Below, one piece after another: positions 1-13,598 of a stretch of DNA of 64,000 nt. The DNA comes from Neoechinorhynchus agilis (Eukaryota; Animalia; Acanthocephala). The number at the start of each line of letters is the position of its first letter. The first letter of the stretch is position 1. The notes beneath the pieces were generated by a model. That model was not told the origin of the DNA, searched no databases, and saw only the letters and a program-made list of their open reading frames with translations. The stretch lies in NCBI GenBank assembly GCA_051530055.1, contig CM121343.1, forward strand, positions 4,930,389 through 4,994,388. Reading direction: 5' to 3'. The position numbers and the translations under genes were made by a program.

Positions 1-1375
1 ACTTCTTTGCGCTAATCTGGCTATATAAGACAACATTTGGGATTTGGCTACTCCAGGATCACCCATCAAACATACGTTTATATTCCCACGGATTTTCATC
101 CCTTTAGAAGCGTGGTCTACACCACCGACCAACATCAATACCAATGCCTTCTTTATATCTTCATGACCGTAAATCTCCGGAGCTAAACTTGAAGCTAACG
201 TTTCGTACATGTCGTCGCCGTATTCTTCACGCAGTCGACTAATTTCCTCTCTCGTAATTTGAGAATCTATCAGAGAGGTTCACATGACGGCGAGAAAATC
301 AAGGCTTATTTTCACGAATTAGTGTCGATCTACACTAGGAAATTTAATAAAGATCAAAACATCTAACTTATGAACCCCATATGTTTACGTCATCGTCTGA
401 TTTATTGACTTTGATCAGTTGATGAGCCACCAACGCTACATCCGTAAGAAGGCCCTGCATCATTTGTTTGTAAGGAGTATTCTTTTGAACGGGCATAAGA
501 ACGCCCGTTATTTCAACGATCTCTCCTGGCTTACATTGTCTTGTGTTTTCACCTATACACCAAACGACTAAACTGCTGGGGATTCCACCAACCGGTACTT
601 GTTCGCTAAGCTCTTGGACCCGTATTTCCTGGAATTTCAGGAACTTTGATCCTTTCGATTGAAGTGTGAGAGTTCCCGTGGTTCTATTAACCATACATTC
701 TTTACCGGGACAAGCGGTCAATGGCATAAAAGTAGGTGACGTGATCGGCTGATATGTTTCGATACCGCATCGATCGCAAGTGTACGTTGCGACAGCAAGC
801 ATTGGTTTCACCTCAGATATTCTTGTAACTATCGATTTTATCCATATCAAGCGGCCAATACTGCTGGATTTTATGTCTCGAGTCGATAATCGTTTTGTGT
901 GCGATGGAGGATGAAAATAAATGTCGAAACGTAACTTCAACTCGTCCGGAACACTCGGCATCAATTCCGGCTTCCGTGCATATCCGCCGATTTGTCGTTC
1001 TTGTTCGACTCGCTGAGCATATCTTTGAGCATTTAAATATTCACAAGTCTCAATGTATACATCCAGAGCGTCCTTACGACCAACGGGTATGTTTCCACCT
1101 TCTAAAGCAGAATCCTTGTACTTATCAATCAAATCACCTATGACTTTAGCGAACAAGCGCACATACCGAGGACTGTTGACCATCATGAATGAAGCCAACT
1201 CGGAGTCGACCGTTTCGACATCGTCCAGGAAAATGGTGACCGATCGCTTACTTCGAACCGATACGCGCTTCACCTCATCGATATACTTCAGATCGCCTTG
1301 TTTTGATTTGAAATTTTCGAGAAAGTGTCGAATCTTCTCCCTATCAGCTTCATAATCTCGAATCACAGTCGTCAT
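1..1375 (-). CDS. MCM7: DNA replication licensing factor MCM7, 5' part (runs off the window start; short introns)
   Basis: N-terminus [17 protein letters not shown]. Zinc finger [14 protein letters not shown] and [24 protein letters not shown]. Read by hand, positions 1-260 give [22 protein letters not shown] and [17 protein letters not shown] (MCM Walker A). Confidence 0.95.
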
Positions 1376-1465
1376 CTACGAGAAAGAATCCAACACGAAT
1401 TATTTTTTGCTTGTAAAACCACTTCCAGCGCGACATTCATACAAAACGAATAGAGATTCCGTCAA
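1376..1465. promoter_or_regulatory. 90-nt head-to-head interval between MCM7 and UBE2M (putative bidirectional promoter)
   Basis: Divergent ATGs at 1375(-) and 1466(+). The interval contains an ETS-like CACTTCC and a CGCG motif. Confidence 0.55.
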
Positions 1466-2122
1466 ATGTTTCACAAAAAAAGGAAAGAAGTAAACAAGCA
1501 AGAGACAGTGAAATCGTCCGCTTATTATAGAATCCAACGAGACCTGGCGGACTTGAGGGACCTTCCGGCTGGATGCAAACTTAAATTCGACAACACAGGC
1601 GACATCATGAAATTCCAAGTCCTAATGAACCCCACCGAGGTAGGTCCAAGATTTGAACCTTCGCCAACTAACAATTCCATCAAGGGTTACTACACTTACC
1701 AGAATATCAAATTTACAGTAACCATCCCTCCCGATTACCCATTCGATCCTCCCAAAGTAAAATGCGATTCACCAATATATCATCCAAACATAGACACAGC
1801 GGGCGGCGTTTGCCTGACCATCCTGAGGTTCGAAATTTGCAGGGCAGGGGGTAGCACTGTTTTAAATTCTTTCGTAGTAATAAATATACAAAATTAGTGA
1901 CGTAACGATTACTATAGGGAAGAATGGAGGCCAGTACTATCTATCTTGTCGGTTATAATTGGACTTTTTCACGTTTTGATTGAACCGAACGCCAATGATG
2001 CATTGAACAAAGAAGCGGGTGAGCTGCTAATGAACAATCCAGCTGAATTTGCCAGAAAAGTGAAGTTTTATTCTAAGTTGCACGCGGCGGGTGACGTTCA
2101 CGCTGTACATTCACGAAATTAA
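1466..2122 (+). CDS. UBE2M: NEDD8-conjugating enzyme Ubc12 (at least 3 exons; 3' end approximate)
   Basis: RIQRDL, YPFDPPKVKC, active-site YHPNIDTAGGVCLTIL|REEWRPVLSI and EPNANDALNKEA match Ubc12. Introns at about 1641-1688 and 1828-1918. Confidence 0.9.
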
Positions 2123-2318
2123 ATGCAGTTCAAACGAAAGGGGCACATACATGGGAGAATTTTAGTTTTCGTGATAAATTACAGTCGTTTTACGGAAAAT
2201 CATGCTTTTTGTTTTCGCACACGCACACCAAAGGCCGATATTTTGGCTTGGAAAAAATTGGGTTTTGATGATGATGATGAAAAAGTTTAATTTTAAAGCA
2301 CGAAAGCACCTGAAAAAT

Positions 2319-4871
2319 CTATATTTCAACAATTGATTCGTGTTTCCTTGTGTTGCTTCGGTACTTCACATACATGGGACTCCATAGATTTATCAGTGTC
2401 AATAATTGATTGAGCATTGAACACCATGTCTTCGACTCTAGTAAAGAGTCTCCGCAAAGCCAGTAACTAAAAATATCCGCAACTTTGAGACAAGAGACAC
2501 AAGAACTGTACTTCAAGCGTTTCCCGTCGGATTGTACGCAGGCCAACTCAAACGAATTCTGTCTTGCGCACTCAGCAAATGGAAGTAGCGACACGGGGAA
2601 TTTGCAGATACCCTTCGATCCCCAATCGAGTAGATCGATTGTGTGGGCGGCCGCCTTCGTAAACTGAATATAGAAATGTTCAATTAAGAAAAAGATGAAA
2701 ACTACCTTTTTATCAACGGCCGATAGGTCAGTGCAGTTCCATAGTCTTAAAGTATTCGCTCGTAAAACGGCCCACATTCTTCGCCAAGCACTATAGCCTG
2801 CTACGATTTCATGCATGGTCTAAATTCGTGTTGGAATATCTACTATTTATACGAAAAAAATATTCTCAAGCATTAACAAAAAGCTCCCACGTTTTAAAAG
2901 AGCAATCATCAATACATACGAGGTATCCTTCATGTTCGATGACGTCATCAATAATGAATAGCGGCGTACAATAGAGTGTTCCACTGATGGGCGTTGAAGA
3001 AGACACGGCCTGCGGATACAAGTTATCTGCTCCTAAAAACTTGGCGTACTTTGAGCTTGAAGCATCGATCATAGAAGTTCTGTTTGTTTATTTGGACGCT
3101 GTCAATCTGAACAAAGTTTGATAGGCGGATTTTGGATGGTTGTTTCGCTAGATTGCAGACTATGTGATCAGAGATGAATCGCCTTCATTTTAAACGACAA
3201 CACCAATGTACCTTTATTGCCAACTGCACGTTTGATTGCGTTCAATGGCGACGTGAAGTTCAAAGCACTCGAGAGCTTTGCGGATGTTTTGAACAACGCT
3301 CGAATATCTGATCCGGTATAGGTTCGTTCGAGACAATAGATGTATATTCGAAGTTCAAAGTCCGACTCTACGTTTTCAAAATTCATATGAGTACCGAGAA
3401 TAATCATCGGTTTGTTGGGAACAGATTGGCAGCATAAAACAATATCAGCCGTTGAGGATACGCAAGTGTGATAAGCATATCCCATGCAGTGTACGAACGC
3501 TATGAAATAAAATACCCGCTTTTCAGTACCGTCCATTAACCGCTTTATATAGTCCGGCTCTAGTGGTATTATAATCGAATTTATCGATATGTTAGCCTTT
3601 GGGCTCTCCTCCTGCAACGTTCTTCTGTTCAGTTTAGTTGTCAGACGACCGGCCTCCTCAAGAAATGCTTGGCGCTTATGTGCTAAAAAGGAAATGGTGA
3701 GCTTAAGACATAATTGACAAAAAATTACTTTCCGATAAAAGGGTGCGTGAGCAATCGATCCATTGATCATAATCAATCTTATGCGTTTTACTCCTTTCCA
3801 GGAAATTTCTTAATGCGGCGGCAGCCTGTCGTATGTGACCTTCACAACAAATTGCTTGATATTTTATGTTCTATAATCAAAAAAATAATAAAACATATAA
3901 CAATGACCAAATCTTACTTTTATTTTTTCATTTAATCCATTGATCATTTTTGTCGCTTCATCTACCGACAAGGAGCGTCTAATGCGATCAACAGCTTGTA
4001 AACTATTTGGCTGACTGTGTACTCCTGAGACTGATTCGTTCAAATGAGAACAAGATTGTGTTGTCCTTTGAGACGACTGTTCAATGATACAAGAACTGGT
4101 TTGAACGCACTCCGAGATCATGGAGTTGTCGATATCAGCGAATGCTTCGGAGATCTCCAATATCATATTGTCCAGGCTAGAAGAACCAGTGCAATGTCCT
4201 TCGATGTCACTCACAGGCTCCGACTGTTCGAATTCGCAGTTATTCGAGTTAAGTGTACTACTGCAATAGCCCTTATTTCCATTCGGATCTGATCGATCTG
4301 AAACATTGTTAGGATGACCGTCACCGGACACTTTCATGATTGTACCGTGGTTCGTTGGAAGATGTGGCATGTAGCGAAGCAAGCCATTTGCATCACTGGC
4401 AAGCGCTTCCCACCTCGCTTTAAGCTGTGCGAATGGAAAACTTTCTTCCTCAACACAAGGAAGCTTTAATGTATGGTTTACTGGTGTGCTTTGACTGTGT
4501 GATCGTTTTCTTTTACCAAGTTTACCAACGGGATATATCGGTGAAAGGAAATCTCGGCCGTCAAAGAGATTCTTGGCTTGTTTTATCCGACCACTCTTAT
4601 CCAAATGACCAAAATCGGTACCGATCATCTCTAGATAAATACCTCGCTTGCTCTTACTCACATCGATCGACGTGATCTTATCTTGAAGGCACGGGGAGAC
4701 TGTTATCTTTGTCGACTCGTCCTTGTCCCACTCTTTCACCATCGCCGATAGATTCAGAAATGCCGGTTTACGACCAACCGATTGAGACCGCCCGGCCATG
4801 TTCCCTGGACGGAATGTTCTCTCATTAGTACTATCCAAACCGGCGGTTGCAAAGTGTCGTTGTTTCGACAT
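2319..4871 (-). CDS. ANLN: Anillin-like protein (disordered N-terminus, anillin homology domain, C-terminal PH domain); multi-exon, true start may be slightly upstream
   Basis: PH exon AWRRMWAVLRANTLRLW...PFAECARQNSFEL matches anillin WHRRWCVL...EFCARRNTFEL. The AHD-like exon has SDFELRIYIYCL. Confidence 0.8.
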
Positions 4872-5849
4872 CTTACGATGGAAGGATTCTAAACCCTGAT
4901 CTTTTTTTGTTCAAATGAGTTTTTTTGTGTCTAAAATTTAAAGTCCAACTCACTTAGTTTATCTTCATCCCACTCTTCGTCGCTATTTTGGTGATTCATG
5001 ATTTTGAAAATCTTATCTAAAGAAGCTCCATTCGAGTGTGTGCATAAAAGCATTATTATCCGTGAAGTAGCCTCTCCCCCCCCCTACGCGCCACCGCCAT
5101 TTACGCTATAATTCGCACTGGTGACAGTTTCGTGACCCCTATCCGGTGATGATACAGATCAGTTGTATCCACTCTATCGCTCGCAGCGCAAACTCTGACA
5201 CTCAAACTGTGTCGTCGGTGTTTGTGTATCCAAAAGTAATAATGGTGCCACTAGGTCGCAGCTTTAGGAAGTTAAAATTGCCTTCAAAAAGGGTCTAGAT
5301 GAATTTATCTTCATTCACGAGATTATATCTACTTTAGCTATCATGAATTGTAAATAAACAATATTGATCTTAGACTTATTAGCTAATATTTAAGTCTTCT
5401 GCCGGTACGTATCCAAAGTTGAAACATTTGTAGATTTCATTATGTGTTGAAGTGAATATCCCTTAAGTGGCTGATCTTTCCGTGAGTACACAACCCGTTT
5501 TACCGATATGAAGGAAAAACACCGTCCGGATTCTCAGATATCTCCCGGGGAGACCAACGAGTTATTTCGTCCCCATCGGTCGTGTGTGTGTGTGTGTGTC
5601 ATCGGCACTAACGCATTAGAACTGGCTCAGAGTTTAAGTGATTTTATCCCCTTCCTTGGCCAAGATCAGTGGAAATGTTCACTTCAACACTTAAAAAATG
5701 TAACATATTATTTGAATTGTGGTGATCATAATCCCCGAGTAAAACTTATTTTGTCAATTGACGATACTTCGAAAGAGGAAGCACTCCGAAGAATTTTCTC
5801 TCTGTGATTCACATATTATAGAGCATGTTAGATGGATTCTAAAGATAAA

Positions 5850-7350
5850 TCGTGCAGAGACAATCCTTCGGGATGACGAAGTTAGAATTATCGTGAAGAT
5901 GCTCCCGGTCCAAAATACATTCTTATGAAATATTTCAAAGTCGCACGCTTCCTGTTTCGAAAAATTTCTTTACAATAAGATACCTGCTAACCGGGACTAT
6001 TTTCCCCACAATTCTAAATAAGACTAAATGTATATGTTTTCAAAAAAGATGAAGCCTTATACACAGTACGTGGAATTCGATTTGTGTTGCCTGTCCGAGG
6101 ATTTATTGGAAAATACCAGTACCATAAATTGCCCATTCGATCGCATTTAAAATTGAATTTAAAGAAGGTGTCGACGCATTAAAAGCATCAAATCGAGAAC
6201 GCTTCTCAGATGCGGTTCACAATAATCGTAAAGTGTGACATTATCGTTGGTTACACTGTTTCTCCTTAGCGTCAGTTTCTATGGCAGTTCAAAACTACTT
6301 TCTTGATTTCGATTTATATGCCTTCTTTTAAAAATCAAAGTAACGAATCGAAGAAATAAGTCATTGTCACTCAATCTGTTTTTTAGCATTGTGCTTAGTA
6401 AGAAATCTCAGACTTGGATTTAAAACAGTAAACGCAGGCATCGAAATTTTATCCCCTTGTCGAACTGCAATGGCGTTCTTGGTTATAGAAATTTCCTTTT
6501 TCACCATATTGAAGTTCAATAGAACCCGCTCTTAGTAGCTTCTTGTACATCTTTCATAGAGATTTAAGCGATTTACCCAACTACAATCGCGTTCTTGCTA
6601 AAAGAATTTTTCCATTTTCCCATGATATCCTTTAATCAACTGCTCCTGATTTATGATCTCATATTTCGTTTATTTAATTGCAAACGTGTTCTAGATCGAA
6701 AACTTAAAACAACGAATGTTGAATCTTGATTACAGATTCCAAATTGAATCTTAACCCACCATTATTTTAACATCGAACAAAACCATTTTTAGTATTTGCA
6801 GCGGCTCGATAATGCTATTAAATATAACAATTTTATCTTGATTTTTGTGCTCGTGTTCCTTCACAATTTTCTTCACCAAAAATAGTGCCATAATCGTATT
6901 TCTACTACACCATGTAGATTTTATTCGAGAAACGGGTGTAAAACAATAATTTTGCCGTTTAGATTACAAAATTATATGTGAACGCAACGAAGATGACCAT
7001 TATTTTCCTTTGTGCTAAGATTATTCTTCTCGCAAAAGAATGGATTCTGATCATATCCCCAGGTTACAATGTAAATGCGCGTGCTCTATAAATCTTCAAA
7101 TGTACAATTTCAAACTTGGTAATCCAGAATAACTTCCTTGATATCGAATTTCTACATTATGGAATAACGTAGCCTAAGAATTAATAGCAACAAATGATCA
7201 ATTGAAGTTGCCACTTCGTTATAGGTCATGATGCTCTAGTGAATATCTCAAAGATATCAACTGTAAAACAAGAAGGTAAATTCTATTCAGCGAAAAATGA
7301 AATATGTCAGTTCAATAATTTTAATCTGTTTCTATACGTCCAGTAAATTA
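5850..7350 (-). mobile_element. Degenerate RTE-like non-LTR retrotransposon reverse transcriptase
   Basis: Minus-strand translation with stops and frameshifts gives AVRQGDKISMPAFT (cf. GVRQGDTISPKLFT) near 6440-6480 and LFLRFVTLIF (cf. HLRFADDIVL) near 6330-6360. Confidence 0.5.
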
Positions 7351-7399
7351 TAAGAACTTGAACTTTTGACGACACTTTCCTATAGCTTTTATACTTTAA

Positions 7400-7860
7400 T
7401 TATGATGGTGAACTGAAGGAAGACAAAAAATTGTTCGAAAACAAATTTGGTTGTGTATTCCCAGAGCGGTCGTCAAAGCTCTGGTCGATTGGAGAGATGC
7501 CTTAATCTGTGAGCGATGCTGCTTCCAAGGAATGGAAGTTAAATTTGCAATGAACAAGATATCGAAACTGGATGATTTCACGTCCCCACGCTGCAGCACT
7601 TGTCAATCCTGGGATCATTGGCTGAACGATGCCTTACAAAAAGGATCGTTTGCGCATTTTGTGTGCGCAACCATCACTCTTCGGCTTGCCCGAGGGACAC
7701 GAAATGTTGCTCAGACTGTAAACAGGGCACTGTGCCTTTTCGAAATCATGTTCGGTCTTCAAACATTACCTCCGTTGGGCTCAAACGAAACCTTCTGCTA
7801 AGAACAATAAAAGCATCGTGCGCCAGGCACCCACTGAACAAGTAGTCCATGTATCTGTTC
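7400..7860 (+). mobile_element. Degenerate non-LTR ORF1 (gag-like) with zinc knuckles
   Basis: PRCSTCQSWDHW, then frameshifted VCAFCVRNHHSSACP and KCCSDCKQG..H: a triple CCHC pattern typical of Jockey/I/R1-type ORF1. Confidence 0.55.
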
Positions 7861-7879
7861 CTCCACCAATGAACGAACG

Positions 7880-9300
7880 TTATCGAACCAAGATGCTATT
7901 GATGGGAATTTTCGGCCAGGATCTTACAGATGGTTGATCTCCGTATAAACATGGCGCATTAAAAATGGATAACAATCCTTGAGAGTTAGTAATAAAAAAA
8001 AGTAAATTTATCACCAGAGAGTAGGGAGTGAAGTAGTCCATTGATATTATAAAGTGGTTTAGTCTCCTGAATAAAAAATAATATATGGATCGTGTAAGAA
8101 AGCCGTATGTCTGGAAATGCCAGAATCCTCCTGAGTTCCATTGCACCAGTTGTAGCTCCATTTAAAAAAACCCATTATGAATCATATTACTGATTCCCTT
8201 GGCTGAAACCTGTTGTTGTTCATCTATTATTTGACATATCATTTCCTCGTTGGTATCATTTTCCAAATCTATGTCAGCATTCCAATTATTGTTGTAGGCT
8301 ACGATTCTAGACGCACTCCTTGCACCGATTTATTTGATGATGTGTGATATTTTGAATAGGAATCTAGTGATTTCGTGATGCTGGTCAATAATGAATCGAA
8401 GTGTATAGCCAATCGTTTTTCCAATCCCTGAATAGCCATTTGTACTCTTGAGTCTACCATAGACAAAATGTTGCTTTTTTTACTCTTCAAAATTGCATCC
8501 AGTGAGCGTGGTAAAGGCTCGCTGTTTTGCTTCCTGGAGGAAAAGGACTGGTTCGAGTGAAGGTGAGCAGAATTGTGAGTTCGTAGATTGGATAATGGTG
8601 GATGTTAATTATTTCAGGCGTTGTGTTTGTGCGCCCAAGCAACGTATTTCTTAAATCCTTCGCATTTTTTGAAAAGGCACAGTGTCCATCTTTATCACAA
8701 TTGGCACCGTATTGTTTGATTTTCTCAAATCTTGAGCTGTGATGATCTAAAGAGCATCCCAGTGACCCCATTTCTGACATTTGTTACATCGAGGAAAGTT
8801 AAATTTGTCAAAGTGAGAGATTTCATTGGTTGTGAAATAGATTCCCACCGATTGAAAGACATATCTGTTGGACGTTAAATAATTCCTCCTCTCAACAGAG
8901 GCTTTGACAGTCGCTTTTGGAATGGACTTATTGGCTCTGGACGATTTTAGGAAAAAAGAATTTTGCAATGGAACTTCTTTTGGAATTCGTTTTTATCCGC
9001 TTCATCGGTGTCTGGTTATAAACCAGAGACCATGAAGATGGATTCATAGCTTACATTCCGAATATTCACCCCAGTGAGATCACAGTTCTTCGTGAATTCT
9101 TGGAAGGACTTGAGAACATTGAAGCAGGAACCTTCAGTAGAGTTCTTCTCTATGAATTATTGGATTGTATAATCAGAGCATGCGGCCATTTTTTGATGCT
9201 ACATCCGTGCCTTTTGGATTCCGTTCTTCAAGACGATTGACGCTTGTTCAATGCAACTTATTGTAATCACACTACCGACAATTTAGAAGGGAGAATGTAA
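7880..9300 (-). mobile_element. Degenerate non-LTR element: ORF1 zinc knuckles plus start of the ORF2 APE endonuclease
   Basis: PRCNKCQKWGHW, CSLDHHSS and ANCDKDGHCAFS. The downstream ORF begins MELQLVQWNSGG, an APE N-terminal (QWNxxG) motif. Confidence 0.6.
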
Positions 9301-10478
9301 CACAAGGATGTATCGGCAAACTGTGGCAATCTTTTCTATTTTAATCCTGATGTCCTACAACGCACAACATGATTGCAACAATTAGTTTGCTCCATATCGG
9401 CCGGATATTCTCCATGGTGAGTTCGTCTAAATTCCATTTTTCTAACAGAGCCACCCTGGTATTAATGGCTAAAAGATCTAAAAGTAACTTCAACATACAA
9501 TTAAAGTATCCAGATTTGTACAATATTTTACATTTCAAGAGATTGTAAAGTTGTTCTTATATTTTTTGGATTGTATTGGGGGGAATAAAATTAGAGAATA
9601 GTTTTGGCCACTTTTCTCTTAACTTCCCTGAAGGAAGTGTGAGATCATTTTCGGGCTTCACGACCCCCGGTACCTGAGTTCCTTTCATGCAAGCACCAAT
9701 TAATAACTTAAGCCCATATTGTAGATATCTGAAGAGGACCGCATTCGGTCGAAAATTTACAATAAGTCAATCAATATCGAGGAAGAGTAAAGTTGCACCA
9801 GAACAATTAATTGCTCTTATATATGTATTTTTGGTGATAAGAAAAATAGAGATTGATTTATTAATTTCCAAAATCCGTCCCGTCCGACTTTTTCAGGTTG
9901 CTTGCCCCTAAGAAGTCCGACGAAACGGACGAAATATTGACAAATCAATCTTTATTTTTCCTATCACCCAAAAAAACCGTATTCCAAAGAAAATATTTTA
10001 TTGAAGATGTGAAGTGGAAGCCTCGGTCATTGCTTGAAGAGGCGAGGCTTTCCCTTTCGAAATATCTGCAATATAATATTTTCTACGTGGAGGGGGAAAC
10101 GATCGCCACATCTTCAATTCTATCATCCCATAGGATTTTCTCTTTATGATTCAGAGTTCATTTCACGATACATTTTCACATGGCAGAAGAAGATTTGTAG
10201 ACCTTAGTAAATGTTACGTTCTTTGAGAGTTAAAAGACGCATTGAGCGTTCAAAAATCTTAATCACCATTCATCGATTTGTGTATATTTTGTGTTCTGAT
10301 TGCGATTCCAGCGCGTTCTTTGGTTGTGAAAAGTAGGAAAGTGCATGGTTCGGTTCTTTTTTTTGCTGGCGAACTTTTTAAACCCGCGCCTGGTGACACA
10401 GCGAAAGTATCGTCCAATGGCACTGGTTGTCGCGATGGAGTTTCAGGAGGAATCGTTTTTCTCGGTAGCATCTCTCCA

Positions 10479-13019
10479 ATGATATCTAATGGTAGTGATT
10501 CGTTATTGCTTTCAATGTACCGGCAAGCGATTCAAAATTTCAGTTCACACAAACTGACGGATAGTAATGTTTTTGAAGTTAAAACGATTGATCAGTTAAG
10601 TGAGTACATGAAGATGAGAGTAGACCGTGTGAAGCAGTCCGTGAAAAAAGGGAGTCTTGTAAAGTCAAATAGAGACGATTTCGACAATGCCGGAGCGTGC
10701 CTTGACGTGACCGGGAAGGTCTATGCCCGCCGAGTCGATGCCCTTCACGAACAAGCGACCCGTATGGTTTCTAGTTTCGCTGGAGTCACAAAGACCGATC
10801 CTGTGAAGACTATTCAGAGTTTGGGATATGATACCATTCAATCGATTTGCGAAGACCCGTTAGAAATCATTCCTGCTCAGGTAGAAGAACCCGTTGCACG
10901 CCAGCGATATAAGCCGCGAAATAAAACGAAGAAAACGTATTTGGCTCTTAATACAGATAAAATAAACCTTAAGATTGATCGATCAACGTTTGCTCCCAGA
11001 ATTGACGTGATATCGCAGTTGTTCATTTTCGGCGACCAAAATATGTTATTTGGAAGAGATCAGAAATCAAGTGACCTGCTTATACATAATTATTCCGTTG
11101 AAACATCATATGGAGGACATTTCTTAATGCCGGAATTCGGCTCAGCGGACGGATGGTTCAAAAGTCCTTTTGCCGACAATTCTGTAGACGATTTTGAAAA
11201 GGCTGTAATCTGTGAACCGCTCGAAAATTACTTGGATACCAAGAATCCGAATGACTTAATACCGCTTTTGAATCCAATCACGCAAAACAAAATTAGTGAA
11301 ATCGTAGATATCGATGTAGGCGCTGATCAATTCGATTTCGACAACCTCATTTGTGATAATATGGTGACCGAGGAAGCAAATGATGCAGTTGCTGATTCTG
11401 GGGGTGGTCCTGAAACCTCAAGTATTCATTCTACACGTATTTCGCATTCCTCAATGTTGCCGATTTAGACTGAGTTTTCATTTTATTCTCGCGGCATTCA
11501 TCGATTCGAACATATCTCTTTAACCAGGAAATAGTTCGGAGTTTCTGCTAAGAGGGTATTCCAATACAGTCCAATTTTTAAATTTTAATACTCTTAGTTT
11601 CTCACATTTGTCGTTTTTGTATCTTTAGTAGAGAATCATAAGTTTTCTAATTTTTCAACTTAAAGATTAAAATTATTCAAAGTCCATTTAAGTTCTATTT
11701 TGTTTTCTAAGAGGCCAATATAATTATTGTTCGCATTCCAGTTCAACATTATTGCAATACTATGAATTTTCTTCGTACGACATCGCCATCATCAAAGAAA
11801 TAAAAAAAGTTGCTGATTGGAATTTTAAAATGTCGATATGTGACGAGATGCCGGGGAATGTGATTGGAATTATTGTCTAGAAGTTCGCTAATAATTACTT
11901 AACCACTTGTATTTTAGAACTGATGATGAACCCGACGTGGTTCGAAACGTCTTTAATAAATAATCATTTACCGGTTATAGGAATTTTAAAAGATTCTACG
12001 AGTAAATTTTATACCTTTTGACTACGTTAATTTAAACGGCCTTGAGGTTGCGAAACCGAAATAGACGATCTTCTTTATTGCGTGACTTTGCTCGAATTCA
12101 ATCTGAGGCATTGAATAATATAGACAATTGGAATTCGCGACCAAAATCGTGCGTTTTATCCGAGAAATCAACGAGTTCCCAACCAATTGATGCACAGACG
12201 AAGACTAAAAAACGGGAAAAGGTAAACAAGTTGAAGAAAGTATCGTCGGAAGATGTTATTGGGTTTGATTTTACAAGTGAGACAACGAAAGCAATACTAG
12301 AATCGTTTAAGAAATTTAAAACGATTCGAAACGTCCGAATCGGGTGTTCATTGGAAAATACCTTTGCTGATGATCTCATCCGCTTGCATCATTCGCATTT
12401 TTTTGAATATTCAGATTTGAGCAAATGGTTTCTAACGGATGACCCTTTGATCACGGATGACAGCTTAGTTGATTTTAACATATCGGATCTCGATATTTCC
12501 GAGGAGGTACACTTCAATCTATCGTTTTCGGATGAAGATACTTTAGGTGAGCAGGATCATGGTGTTCCTTTTGCAGCCACTGGATTTCATCCTGTCGCTG
12601 ATTTCACAATGATCGATCCTTGTCATCAAGATGGTATATATGGAGCGACTCAATCGAAGGATCAACGTAATGCCCTTAGACTTGCGGATATGCACAATGC
12701 CCAGCATGCGGATCTCGGGAAAATGAAAAGAAAATTAAAGCTAGCATTGAGTAAGAAATTAAATGAAGGATTTAAGGCGATTTCATTTGCTGATCTATAC
12801 GCAATGACCAATCCATCAAATGATTACGAAGAATTGGTTAAGTGTTGGCCGGTCGCACTTTTCGCATTGTTGCAGTTGGCAAATCAGTATGGACTCAAAC
12901 TCAATCAAGTGCATGATTTAAGAGATATAGAAATCATGCCCTCTTCGACAAGCGAGATATCTCTTTCTAAAGCTGAAGCGGAGAAGTCGAAAAATGTGAG
13001 CAAAAGCTACCGAATCTAA
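10479..13019 (+). CDS. NCAPH: Condensin I kleisin subunit (Barren/CAP-H); multi-exon, start approximate
   Basis: N-terminal FDNAGACLDVTGKVYARRVDALH (cf. [20 protein letters not shown]). C-terminal VALFALLQLANQYGLKLNQVHDLRDIEI (cf. AFACLLHLANEKNLKL..DLSD). Confidence 0.9.
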
Positions 13020-13287
13020 AAAGGTTTAACTGAATCGATCTGTGAGAAGAATGTTCGTGAAATAGCAGTTTGAATACCTTATGAACTTCGTTTTGTGCGC
13101 GAGTTTGTACGGGACTTTGAAAATCCATCTTCAGCGATGCCTCTTCATGATTAAATTTCTTACTCTTTTATGTCAATTGTTTTTCTTATGGAATATAGCG
13201 TTATTTATAAATTAACCATTTCGACCTTTTCCAGCTAGATGATGATATCGTCGGAAATTAAATAAAGCTCCGATCTTAGAGAAATGT

Positions 13288-13598
13288 CTGACAGGGCTGG
13301 AGCCAAAAGTGCTAAGGACAAATTATCCGCCGATTGAGCGACTGAAGATGTGGGTGATTGATCCGGTAGCGCTGTTGAATTCGCAACCACACAGAGCGGG
13401 AGATATGAACCGAAATCCGTCCAGTTCGGTCAACTTTTCGAACGGCACCCCGCCCCCAGTGTCGCGGTCTCTAAGCGAACACGAGCGAGAGAACGCGTCC
13501 AACGCATCGAACAAACCAAGAAGTTCCTTACGAGTTGTACGCGCCGTGGGCATATAGAGAAGGCAATGCTGATTTCTCTTTCTGTTCGATGGCTGCAC
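13288..13598 (-). pseudogene. Decayed, internally deleted duplicate of the Roquin 5' region (paralogous to about 23033-23546)
   Basis: Long shared strings, e.g. CACAGAGCGGGAGATATG, CAGTTCGGTCAACTTTTCGAACGGCACCCC, ACGAGTTGTACGCGCCGTGGGCATATAGAGAA and GCGACTGAAGATG. Confidence 0.85.

Noticed and set aside
895-4675. Short antisense ORFs overlapping MCM7, UBE2M and anillin
   Set aside because: They are shadow frames of real coding exons with no independent motifs.
5260-5330. CR1-like C-terminal FKKGLDEF
   Set aside because: Suggestive, but an isolated 8-residue match.
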